The notes under the pieces were generated by a model, which did not search any database, was not told where the DNA came from, and worked only from the letters and a program-made list of their open reading frames with translations. Position numbers and translations under genes: made by a program. A DNA stretch of 63,719 bases, counting the filler, from Reticulomyxa filosa (lineage: Eukaryota; Protista; Foraminifera): assembly GCA_000512085.1 (NCBI GenBank). It is 11 parts of 11 records of this genome, joined end to end, with 100 filler letters (N's around TTAATTAATTAA, not from the genome) between each part and the next. Parts side by side here need not be neighbours in the genome. Positions count along the whole stretch, not along the records: positions 50,482 to 55,785 come from ASPP01008924.1; positions 55,886 to 57,439 come from ASPP01024684.1; positions 57,540 to 60,876 come from ASPP01019068.1; positions 60,977 to 62,619 come from ASPP01008768.1; 7 more parts are not named here. One strand, given 5' to 3'. Below are positions 51,331-62,719 of this stretch, piece by piece (position 1 is the stretch's first letter; the number at the start of each line of letters is the position of its first letter).

Positions 51331-52419
51331 TGCTATTATTTATACACGGGGGCATACAAAAAACGGATTTTTACGTCTTTAAAGAAAAACGACGTTAGAA
51401 AGGGAGGAAAATACAGTGTAATGATTATGTGTATGTACATGTATTTCTTTTTCTATATAATTTTTCATATCCCAAAACAGCAATGATCAATATAATATAA
51501 ACTGTTGGATCCAACAATACAGTTAATTTTAATGTTACTCTTTTCTAATAGTAAGTCAACAGAGTTTAAAGTATTGTTATTGATTAATTCAATTGTAAAA
51601 AAAATCATTAATAGAGTCAAAAAAAAACAAAATAAAGGACAGTACAGCAGTTTTTATGTTAAGAATATCATAACTCAAATAAATTTGATTTTTAATTTTT
51701 TTTTTGTTTTGTTTTTTTTGTCAATTTTTCGGCTTATAATTAACAATTACTTTTTTTTTGCATAGTCTATTTTTGCTCAAGCGCTACTGTTAATAATAAA
51801 CGAAATAAATGTTGCTTAAAAATAAGTTAAGCAAGAATTTTCAAAAAAAAAATTTTCCCAAAATAAACATCATTTTGGTTATTGTAACTATTTTAGAGAA
51901 TAAAAAGAACATACCAATAATTTTAATAAAAGCTGCAAATGCAAAGAGAAAAAGCTAATAATACAAAATAAAATGCACAAACTCGGTCAAATAACAACAA
52001 AAACGGCAAAAATTTCAAAAAAATTGTCAAAAAACTTAAAAAGTAAGCAATTCTTTATTAAAAAGAAAATTTTGTCAAAAGAAATTATTTAAATTTTTGG
52101 AACGATTATGAAATATTTAATAAAAAACCAAAATCGTATTTAAAAACTACACTATTCGTATATTTTTCAAAAAAAATTATGTCTAAATGTTGTTTTTTCA
52201 TTAAGAAAATCAATAATCTCTGTAAGGTGCCATTTTAGTTTTTGCATTCTATTGTATCAACAATTTACAATTGAAGATTTGTTTTGTTCGAATAAGTAAT
52301 AAGCAAAATCATATAATAAAATAATTTTTTTGTGTTGAAAGATCGAAATTTAAAAAAGCAATGTTGGAATGCAATGCAAAAAAGAGAGTCAGCCTTACCA
52401 CATCTATTATCAATACAAC

Positions 52420-53648
52420 TTATCTCATTCCACTGTATTTGAAAATGATTTGATCGAAATTATCGATCCATCCTAATTTTATATTTAAAGTTCGAATCCA
52501 ATATTGAATAATAAATTTTATTTTATCTTTTGGCTGTTCATTTTTTATTATTTGTTAATCAGTTTTCATACAAAAAAATTTATTTGTGTTAAGCAAATAA
52601 ATAAACAAATTATTACCAATTGCGAAGCATACCATACGCGAACTTTTGTCTTCGTGTGAGTTGATACTTCAGAATATGAATTATGTTGTCCTCCAATGAT
52701 GTGTATATAATTTTCTTCTTCACTCAATATTGCAACACAATTATATAATGGACTAGGTAAAGTTTTTTTAAACTTCGTCCATTTGTCTTCTTGAATTGAA
52801 TACATGTACACTGATTTTGAACAAGTGCTACTATGACATCCACCAAAGAATAAGATGACATCGTTGATACACACATATCCATATCCATATCCATTGAATG
52901 ATGTAATGTCACTGCAAACAGATAATTTATGAAATTGAAAAGTATTGTTATCTTCATCATATTCAATTGATAATCCTATCTTTCGATCAAATAGCAGCAT
53001 TTGATGATTCTGTTTATTTTTTTCTTCATTTGTTTTTATTATCTCTTGTCCTTGTACAAAACAATGGTAATATATGTTATTATCAGTTGGAAAGTTATCA
53101 TGCTTAATAAATTGAAATGTATTTAAATCAAACACACTAATATTCCCATATGAATAAGTGATAAATAACAAATGATTGTTGCTTCCACCAATCACTGCAC
53201 GCGCTCCCCAATATTTATCTTTATCTCTTCCAATGATAATTGGATGATTATCATTGTCTATAAAAGGAATCCATTGATTGCAATTATTTGCTATATTCAT
53301 TTCATAGTCATTATTGTCATTTTTCCAAACACTTACATATTTCATCATCAATGTATGTCTATCTTCTCCTATCCAATCAGATCCAAAAGACAACAAAGTG
53401 ATCTGATCGCTGTTTTTGTTTTTGTTGTCGATCAGTTTCACTACGCAATGCCCATATAAATAAACATCACTTGGATACTCACAAATAAACTTATATTCAT
53501 TTTTGATTGTATGATAAGAATAACAAGCTCTTTTGTGTGCACCTCCACAAATGAGAATTTCGTGTTTGTGTGGCACACAGGGAGATTGATGAAGTGGAAT
53601 GGGTAAATCTTTCAAACTTTGAAAAGTAGCTGTGTTTCGATTGCCCAT
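52420..53648 (-). CDS. Kelch-repeat beta-propeller protein with C-terminal WxR/GWID motif
   Basis: ILICGG...CYSY, GHCVV, VILFFGG...VYMYSIQEDKW, IHIIGG. Intron 52534-52616, then PKDKIKFIIQYWIRTLNIKLGWIDNFDQIIFKYSGMR*. Confidence 0.88.
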
Positions 53649-54104
53649 GTTGTTAATGTTGTTGAAGTTTTATAAAAAAAGGGGAATGTGACCTGACCAC
53701 TTTGAACAAAAATATTTTACATTGCAATAAAATATTCAAATAAATAGTTTTCAAATAAAATTTGAATTAGGATTAAAAGTTAAATATTTTGTTTTTTTTA
53801 TAGGGAGCTCTATTCTCGAACATGTTTCCCTACACACATCACTTTTTTCCACAATAAACAAATCTTAATTTTCCCTTTGTAATATTGCAAGTCTAAGATT
53901 ATTAAAAAGTTAAATTTAAAAATACAAAATATAAAACAACAAATAATAAGAAAACCAATAAAATTAAAAAACTTAGTTGTATAGTTTGTTTCGAAAAGAT
54001 GTAGAATTTAGCAATAGAACTTGTCTGAGAAAATTTGCAAAATAATCAAAAGCAAGAGATGAAAAGGGCTGTTATAAAGTTTGGTAATTTGACAAAAAAA
54101 AAAA

Positions 54105-55025
54105 TTACAATCTAGAAATAGGGTCTGATTTGTGTTTATTGACCAAAGCAGAATGCGCATGTCCATACAAATCCATTTTCAATCTGCGATAGTTTTTGTT
54201 ATTGAAGGTCTTGTGATCAAAAACAATCCCATTTTTGGGGATTTCACAAAGCGTTTGAATTTTCAAAATGAAATCTTCAAAGCTAACACAGTCTTTGATG
54301 ATACGGTCCACAATTTTGCCAGCCAGCGCATCAGCCATGGACCAGTGCTTCCCTGTCAAAATGGCTGTTCGAACGGTGTCACTAGGCAACTTGCTTTGCA
54401 TCAGTTCCTTCCAACCATCACCAACGTTCAGGTTCAGCTATAAAAGGGCCCCCTCTTTTTTCTTTTTACATATTATCAAAAAAAAAATATGTATGCACAA
54501 AAAAAAAAAAATACCCGAATTTCCGGAAAGCAAATACGATGGTCCATTGAAGCGGATGAGTTTTCATAGGCAAATCTCCAGTCACATGCCAAAGCAAAAA
54601 AGATGCCAGCACCGAAGCAATGTCCATTAATTGCAGCAATGGTTACGCAGTCCATTAGCAACAGTCGATCAAAAATGCTACACATTTGCTCCGACAAGTA
54701 ATCTATACGTTTCTGGTGATCTTTCTCTTTGAAATTCATCTGCTTCACGTCCAGACCTAAGGAAAAATAACTACACTCGTGGCTTCCTGTCACTATCAAC
54801 ACCTGTCTTTCAGTGAGATTTTCCGTTATATAGTCTAATGCTTGGTTTATCTCTTTGATCAATTGGTCATTAAATACATTCTCTTTTTTCTTCCCGCTGT
54901 GGAGTTGCAGCACTATATTTTTCTTGTTTTTGGAAGTGTAAAGCGTTATATCACCAAAAAACCTTGCGCACTGCAAATTCTGAATTATAACGCTTTGAAA
55001 TACCTTCTGCTGATAATGATGTCAT
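54105..55025 (-). CDS. Peroxisomal enoyl-CoA isomerase/hydratase (crotonase superfamily)
   Basis: YFSLGLDV, TIAAINGHCFGAGIFFALACDWR, FPEI; C-terminal PTS1 SRL*. ATG at 55025, with a homopolymer frameshift at 54956-54961. Confidence 0.85.
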
Positions 55026-56099
55026 CTCACGATTTGTATATAATATATATAGCTTTCCCCTTTTTTTGTCACATTTTTTAAAAAAAAATTTTTAAGGCTA
55101 TAACAAAGCGATTACAATGCGTACTTAACCGGTTCAATTTCATACTGTAAATATATTTTTCTAAAAAATGTAAAGTTCTTTTCTTTTTGGTTGTCATCTC
55201 TTATTATTTTTAGTATTCCTTTATGAAGATAATTTTTTGAAAGTTTGTACTATGCACATACTTAATTTAAAGTTGCTCATTTTTATTTTGCTTATGGCGT
55301 ATTCAAATACAATTCAATTAAATGGATACAGATTATTGAGAGATCACTTTTAATCAAGCATAAAAAAGAAACACAAGCAAAACAAGGTACAGAGGTAACA
55401 TTTAAACACATTTGAATTTCTAGAAAGAGGCGTTGAACAAACAAAGATTTTTCGTTCTAAAATTCCCTCAGTCTCTGTGCAGACACAGGGTAAACTTGAG
55501 TTCTTATTTTAGTAAATTGAACTTTCTTGCAGTTTGGTCAATTCTCTTCAAGTTTGCAATTTCTAGTGGCAGTTTTGTTGTCTGTTTTTGTTATGGAGAC
55601 AGCTTTTTACTTTTCTTGTGTCAGAGTGAGTCAAATTCAGTTTGCTCCCAAAAAAATACTAACTCAAAAAGAACAACAAAAAAAAACTAAACAAAAAAAA
55701 GTTTTGGTGAGTTTTTGTACTTGAGAAAAGGGGCAAAAGAGAAGCCCCTTTTGTGAAACGGACGACTTGCAAGTATTTTTTTTTTNNNNNNNNNNNNNNN
55801 NNNNNNNNNNNNNNNNNNNNNNNNNNNNNTTAATTAATTAANNNNNNNNNNNNNNNNNNNNNNNNNNNNNNNNNNNNNNNNNNNNTGCAAACTGCGGCGA
55901 TGTGAGACTCAATAGTGAAAACATGTGCAAAAGTGGCTGAGGGAGAAAAAGCCCGAAACAATCCTTGAAGACCTACAAATAAGAACCTCCTTCGAATTAT
56001 CAGTCGACGGATAGACTGGGCGGTGGTGATTATCGAAGATATAAATGCGCAAGATGACGAGTTTGAATTGAATCGTCAGTTTACCGCCATCAACAAAGA

Positions 56100-56850
56100 T
56101 GGAAAAAAGAGTTGAATCACTACTAGTTATTGATGTGGGCAGCATTATCGTGTTGAAGAATGGATTTGAAGAAGGATGTTGCGATCTTTTTTTGGTGACA
56201 CATTATTTTGTAAGAAGATTTTAGATTGAAGTAAAACGGGAAAACAAAACAATGCAATTGTTTTGGGTTTCAGATTGTCAGATACTGTGGCAGAAAAGTG
56301 AACAGTTTGTCAGTGTGAAACTTAACGAATTAGACGAAAATGCGAGAGGTGGGTCGAAAAATGGAAAGCGGTACTTTCGTTGCAGAATCGGACAAGGACT
56401 CAAAAAGACATTAAGCAAGGTTTTGAAGGTCTCTTTCAAGCTAAACATATTTGGACCTGAATTGTCTGTTGAACGAAGAGTACCATCTGCGAATGTGCAA
56501 CAAGATCAACCCAAGATTTTGGAAGAAAAAGAGAATGAGCTGCAAAAGGAGGAATTGAGTAAAAAGGTTGAAAAATTGCAAATGAATGATCATGTCGAAA
56601 TAGCTGCAGGACGAACAGGTTTATTTTAAAAATAATTTATAATTTTGTTTTGTTTGTTCGAATAAACAAATGACATAAAAAAATATGTATACATATATAT
56701 TTATATGAAAGGAATCAATAGAAATGAAAGTATTGGATAAATCACTCGCTCAAGGCCATGATGGCAAAGGCAAGTTTTTGACGAGACATGGCCACGGACT
56801 GTTTGTGACAGTGAAAGACATTGACAAAGTGTTCATGCGATTATCAGAAC
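56100..56850 (+). pseudogene. Tandem CAP-Gly domain gene, apparently degenerate or partial
   Basis: FVSVKLNELDENARGGSKNGKRYFRCRIGQG and a second copy LQMNDHVEIAAGRTG...GHDGKGKFLTRHGHGLFV. The frames do not join cleanly. Confidence 0.55.
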
Positions 56851-58079
56851 GGAGCTTGTATGCAGCGATATGCAGTTCAATCGCGAATTTGTGGCCCATT
56901 CAAGGTGGTCGCACCATCATAGGGAGTGTCTTAATCTCTGTCATGACTCCTTCACACCACCTCAATACACCGCAAAATTCATTACAATGTTGTGTGTGTG
57001 ATTACAATGAAGAAATGTATAAAAAATATATTATTCGCCACTAACCAATATATTGGCCTAATTCAATGAGCAATTTATCGAATTCATCATCACCAATATT
57101 TGTTGGTAATATAATTGGGACACGTTGTTAGTGAGAAACACGCTTGGCTGTGTCAAACTAAAATCTGTTAACATCGATCATGTATTGCAAGGAGGGAAAA
57201 CCAAAAAATGTTTGTAAAAAATCAAGAATAATGTCGTGGCTTCCGAATGATGAAACAAGTGCTTATTCTAATCTCAAGCGTCCCGAAAAATATATATATA
57301 TCACGCGACACCAAGAAGAAAAGAAATCGGTTTTCAAGATTGAAAAATTTTGAAATCGATTGGCGAAATATGTCAATCATCATTGTAGGCATGCATTAAA
57401 GTTTTGAAGGAAATAAAAAATGATTTTCATGAAAATTGTNNNNNNNNNNNNNNNNNNNNNNNNNNNNNNNNNNNNNNNNNNNNTTAATTAATTAANNNNN
57501 NNNNNNNNNNNNNNNNNNNNNNNNNNNNNNNNNNNNNNNAAATTTCTGATAAAACCGAAGAAAATCAAAGAATTCGAAGACAACTCAAGAAACTTTATTA
57601 TACTTAATAATATTGAAGTGTTAAATTTTCGTATTGGAAATATTGTAATATTGAGTGTGTTTTTTAAATATTTTTATTGCTTTTTAGCAACTTCTTGTTG
57701 CAGTTCAGCAGGATAGTGAGTTATCGTCAGTTCATATAAGCTTCACCAAATTTGAGGCACGCGCAGCTTACAGAAAGAGTCTTTTACTTATCAAGGTGAT
57801 AACAAGAAAGCTGTTTAGCAAGACTTGCTGTCTAAATAAAGGTATATTCAGCAAACTAATTTTTTAGTAATATTGTTACGGAGTTGAACATATTCACTTT
57901 GCAGACTTAATCGATAGCTAATATACTCAAGCATAGAAACACAATCTCATATAAGAATTTCTGCTTTTCTCAGCCTGTATTTTGTGACTGAAAAAGGCAT
58001 TCATGAGTAATAAAACTTTTATTGTCTATTTAAAATAAAGATGTAATCACATACAATTAAGTCACCTTTTGATAAATAT

Positions 58080-59315
58080 ATTGAACCTACATAAGAACAC
58101 ATTGGATGAAAGAACGACTACGATATTTGTTGATAGAAGCACAAACCAGATCCAGGACTTGGAGGGGCAGTATTAGTCGTCCAAGACCAATCTTCATCAA
58201 AATAGATAGAATTTCAATTTCCTGCTAAATGAATTACCACTATGACTGGATGCGAGATTGATGCATCCTCCAATCACTGATATACATTAACATAATCTAA
58301 GTGGCAAAGATGAACTAGTTGTGATTCTTTCTGATTGCAAATTTGCTTTAAATGTGATTCATAACAAATGCAATTCAGATACTTACAATTTTCCTCTAGC
58401 TGATTGTCAAAGATTAATAAAAGAGCTTGGAGAAAATGATGTTCATGAGATTTATTGTATCAAAAGATATTCTGGCATTCCTGAAAATGAAAGAGCAGAC
58501 GTTGTCGCAAAAAGAGTCATGCTTCAATCAATATTTGATCAACCTGAATTATTTAGTAAACCAGATCGAACAGCTCCATTCCTGAATTTCCACTGCTTAA
58601 ATCCATTTTTCACTTAAGAATATAATCTTCATTGGACAAATGAATGCAATAAAATGGAACCACACAAGTATCCAAGCAGTATTTACGTAATCTGCTTGAA
58701 GCTCAATTATTTGAAAAGATTATTTTGCATCGATTGGATGTGCATGAGCGCAGATATGTTTGCAGGATCATTACTGGTAAAATTGGATTAAATTATTTTC
58801 TGTATAATATCAAGATAGCGTAGTCTCCTGTATGCAAATGATGTGAAGATGAAGAAGAAACTGTAGAACATTTTCTAATTGAATGTCCAAACTACGAAAG
58901 ACATATAGAAGCATGGCGAGCATCAATCAAGATATTGTTGCCTTATTTCAAATTCAAGACATTGAACCTGATAAGTTTGGTTATTGGATACAAGTCATTA
59001 GATACTGAAACAAGAATCAAAGTTGTCAAGGAACTTACAAAGTTCGTTGTAGCAACTGGAAAGCAAATTTAAGTGTAACTTAAAATTTTAAAAATGTTTG
59101 CATCTTTTACTTTGTTTGTTTGTGTTTTGTGGACGATAGTAGTTTTTTATTTATGTTTTTTCTTTTATTTTGGTGCAATGACCTAATCTTTAACTTGATA
59201 TTGTTTGCACTTTCGGTGAATAGGAGTTAGGGCAAATAACAGTGATGATTGAATGACGAAGCAATGGGTAGTCGGACACCTTCACGCCCTCCCGGTGCAA
59301 AAGCTTTAAAAAAAA
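58080..59315 (+). mobile_element. 5'-truncated, decayed non-LTR retrotransposon (RNase H plus C-terminal CCHC knuckle)
   Basis: IFVD..., GCEID, ILSDCKFAL, SGIPENERADVVAK (RNase H D-E-D-D); IITGKIGLNYFL...SPVCK*CEDEEETVEHFLIECP. Multiple stops and frameshifts; A-rich end near 59308-59315. Confidence 0.8.
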
Positions 59316-59918
59316 GATTATATAATGTTTATTTTTTAAAAAAGTTGCTAAGTTCCTTTTTCTATCCATGCAAACAAATCAGTTATAGTAATTCCAAGTA
59401 TTGTCAGCACGTTTGCTGTTGCCTCTACAGACCTCACTTTATGCTTTAACAAAAACTCACGTTGCTTGATCCAAATGATTAGTTAATATTGGTAGGTGCG
59501 TCAATTTAACGTGAAAGATCTTGAGTATTTAATGGAATAACTACAATGAAAATGGAAAAAAAGAAAAGTAAACAGTATTTGAAACACTTTTATTCGCTTT
59601 TATAAAATGTGAAAAGATATGCATTAATCAATATTTGACTTAACAAATATTTACTACTCAAGTTTCACTTGTTTTTTCTTTATCACGATTTAATTATTGT
59701 AAGAGTGAGAAGACGCACATGGAGATAAACAGTCAACGAAGCTAGACTGTGTTCATTAGAGTAAGAAGAAAAAATTGTTCTTCTTATGTAAATAAAACCG
59801 AGCAAAATCCCGATGAAAAATATCAAAAACATAAAAACCCATGCGAATGACAAAAAAATGAACAAAAACGAAGCACACGTGTTTTATGATTTTTTTCGAA
59901 AAGAAGATTATTTTTTAG

Positions 59919-60862
59919 TTATCTCTGGACAGTACTGTGCGACACTAAAATTAACCCATTGGGTTTTTTCCATTCCAACCATTGCGAATCCTCTTGTTCC
60001 TTGGTATCCATCAACCTGTTTGCAATTTGATGTGAAAAAGTATCACAGCTTGATTTTTCCAATGTGTGTGTATGTTTTTTTGTTTTTTGAAGACAATATT
60101 TCCTATATGATGCCTTCTTAAAAAAACAAACCCATGGCCAATCTTGTATGGAGATATCTTGAAGTAGCCATTGCAATACAGCATCGGTAGACAAAGATTG
60201 GATTTGCGAAAGCAAGAGCTGTTGAGGACTTTGGTTTTGTAAATCTTTTTGAGGTGACAATTTCAAGCCAAAAACCCCGTTTTCGGTATTGAAAACCATA
60301 TAAATTTTTTGGCTCATGGGAACACAAAATAGTCGAAGATTCCACAATTGTTTTGAGTCGCACAATTGTTTCATTTTGATAGCCCAAATGCGTTCCGATA
60401 CACTTCTGCCACACAAACACACACAAAGACAATCTCTCAGACCCGCTTCTTGTTTTCTTGTTCCTCCATTTAATATAACTTATGGACAGAAGTTTCAAAG
60501 TGGATGTTATGTGTTTGCAAGACGTCGCATTGTTCGGCAATGACGTGTGAAAAGGTGGAGATGGGATCTAGTCCTCCAATCAAGTGCAGCGAGGGGGTAG
60601 TGGTGGATGATGATCCCCAAGACAAAAGTGCTCAAATCGTGATAAAACGACAAGTACAAGTTGCATTCAAATACATTCAAGTTCCTCAAGCCACGCAGTT
60701 CAAATCACACAGGCGTCGACACACCACACCGCTATCTATATGGCTGCACCAGCTTACATTCAAATCCTCCAGCACTCTTGTATAAGTCCAGATGTTTTCA
60801 AACGTCGCGTTCGTCAGTTGCGAACACGCGCTGACATCCAACTCACGAAGATATTGACATTT
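59919..60862 (-). CDS. Cysteine-containing LRR (LRR_CC, FBXL-type) protein, 5'-partial
   Basis: Exon from 60862: KCQYLRELDVSACSQLTNATFENIWTYTRVLEDLNVSWCSHID...LRNLNVFEC. Downstream exon structure uncertain. Confidence 0.55.
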
Positions 60863-60976
60863 CTACTTGTCCCCCCNNNNNNNNNNNNNNNNNNNNNNNN
60901 NNNNNNNNNNNNNNNNNNNNTTAATTAATTAANNNNNNNNNNNNNNNNNNNNNNNNNNNNNNNNNNNNNNNNNNNN

Positions 60977-61798
60977 CGCGGCGAGCAAGCCGACGCTGCG
61001 CTGCAACTGTTGCTGCGCTGCTACGACATGGCCGAAAAGCGCGATGTCGGCATCCGCGACGTGCAGTTGGGGCTGGTGGAAGCCCGCCAGCGCAACCCGC
61101 AGGGCGAGGAAGACGACACGCCGCAGCTGGCCACCCGCCGCCGCGACCTCAAAGGCCGCACGCCGCGTCAGGGCGCCTACATCAAGGCCATCTTCGGCCA
61201 CGACATCACCTTCGGCATTGGCCCGGCCGGTACCGGCAAGACTTACCTGGCCGTCGCCTGTGCGGTAGACGCCATGGAGCGCGACGCGGTGAAGCGCATC
61301 GTGCTGGTGCGCCCGGCGGTGGAAGCCGGTGAGAAGCTGGGCTTCCTGCCCGGCGACCTGGCGCAGAAGGTAGACCCGTACCTGCGCCCGCTGTACGACG
61401 CGCTGTACGACCTGATGGGCTTCGACAAGGTGGCGCGGCTGTTCGAGAAAAACCTGATCGAGATCGCGCCGCTGGCCTATATGCGGGGCCGCACGCTGAA
61501 CAACGCCTTCATCATCCTCGATGAAGCGCAAAACACCACGCCGGAGCAGATGAAGATGTTCCTCACCCGCATCGGCTTCGGCTCGCGCGCCGTCATTACC
61601 GGCGACGTAACCCAGATCGACCTGGCGCGCCACCAGAAGAGCGGCCTGGTCGAGGTGGAGCGCATACTCGGCAAGGTACGCGGCATCCATTTCCATCATT
61701 TCCAGAGCGACGACGTGGTGCGCCACCCGCTGGTGCAGAAGATCGTCGACGCCTACGACCGTTATCAAGCCAAACACGATGAAACAAGCGAAACGTAA
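60977..61798 (+). CDS. phoH: PhoH-family ATPase (YbeZ), bacterial, 5'-partial
   Basis: [62 protein letters not shown]. Confidence 0.97.
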   Translation, partial: RGEQADAALQLLLRCYDMAEKRDVGIRDVQLGLVEARQRNPQGEEDDTPQLATRRRDLKGRTPRQGAYIKAIFGHDITFGIGPAGTGKTYLAVACAVDAMERDAVKRIVLVRPAVEAGEKLGFLPGDLAQKVDPYLRPLYDALYDLMGFDKVARLFEKNLIEIAPLAYMRGRTLNNAFIILDEAQNTTPEQMKMFLTRIGFGSRAVITGDVTQIDLARHQKSGLVEVERILGKVRGIHFHHFQSDDVVRHPLVQKIVDAYDRYQAKHDETSET

Positions 61799-62288
61799 CC
61801 CCTTCCTGCAGCGCCAGGCTGCCCGCCTCGACCTGACCCTGGAAGACCGCCTGGAAACCGAACAAGCGTTGCCGGAAGGCAAACTGTGGCGCCGCTGGTG
61901 CCAGGCTGCACTGCAACGCCAGCACCAGCACGCGCAGGTGTCGTTGCTGGTGGTGGATGAGGCGGAGGGCCGCCAGCTCAACCACGATTACCGCGGCAAG
62001 GACTACGCCACCAACGTGCTGTCGTTCGCGCTGAACGAAGGCGACACGGTAGCCGGCATGCCGCTGTTCGGCGACCTGGTGTTCTGTGCCCCGGTAGTGG
62101 CACGCGAAGCCGCCGAGCAAGGCAAAACACTGGAAGCGCACTACGCCCACCTCACCGTCCACGGCATGCTGCACCTGCAAGGCTTCGATCACGAGCAGGA
62201 CGACGAAGCCGAGGTTATGGAAGCGCTTGAAACCGTCATCCTTGCCAAGTTAGGCTATGACGATCCTTACGCCGCCGAGAAAGCCTGA
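61779..62288 (+). CDS. ybeY: rRNA maturation endoribonuclease YbeY, bacterial
   Basis: [34 protein letters not shown] zinc motif; overlaps the end of phoH. Confidence 0.97.
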   Translation: MKQAKRNPFLQRQAARLDLTLEDRLETEQALPEGKLWRRWCQAALQRQHQHAQVSLLVVDEAEGRQLNHDYRGKDYATNVLSFALNEGDTVAGMPLFGDLVFCAPVVAREAAEQGKTLEAHYAHLTVHGMLHLQGFDHEQDDEAEVMEALETVILAKLGYDDPYAAEKA

Positions 62289-62295
62289 TCCAGCC

Positions 62296-62619
62296 ATGGA
62301 CGACCCCAGTAAAACCGCCAGTTGGTTTGAACGCCTGCTGAACCGCTTCACCCACGAGCCGGAAGACCGTGAAGAACTGCGCGAGCAGCTGCACGCGGCT
62401 TTTGAGCGCAACCTGATGGACGCCGAAGCGCTGTCGATGATCGAGGGCGTGCTGTCGTTCTCGGAACGGACCGTGCGCGACGTGATGGTGCAGCGTAGCC
62501 AGATCAGCGTGCTGAAGCTGGAAGACAGCATCGAGCAATGGCTGCCGCAGCTGATCGAAACCGGCCACTCGCGCTTCCCGGTGATCGGCGAAGACAAGGA
62601 CGACATCAAGGGCATCCTG
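62296..62619 (+). CDS. corC: CBS-domain protein CorC/YbeX, bacterial, 3'-partial
   Basis: MIEGVLSFSERTVRDVMVQRSQI, GHSRFPVIGEDKDDIKGIL; canonical ybeZ-ybeY-ybeX gene order. Confidence 0.93.
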
Positions 62620-62719
62620 NNNNNNNNNNNNNNNNNNNNNNNNNNNNNNNNNNNNNNNNNNNNTTAATTAATTAANNNNNNNNNNNNNNNNNNNNNNNNN
62701 NNNNNNNNNNNNNNNNNNN

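Noticed and set aside
59230-59305. Hammerhead, HDV-like ribozyme or SECIS in the LINE 3' region
   Set aside because: The TGATGA...GAA spacing and helices do not fit the consensus cores.
60929-62615. Long reverse-strand ORFs (60929..61981, 61596..62192, 62236..62568, 62250..62615)
   Set aside because: These are antisense shadows of the GC-rich phoH, ybeY and corC genes.
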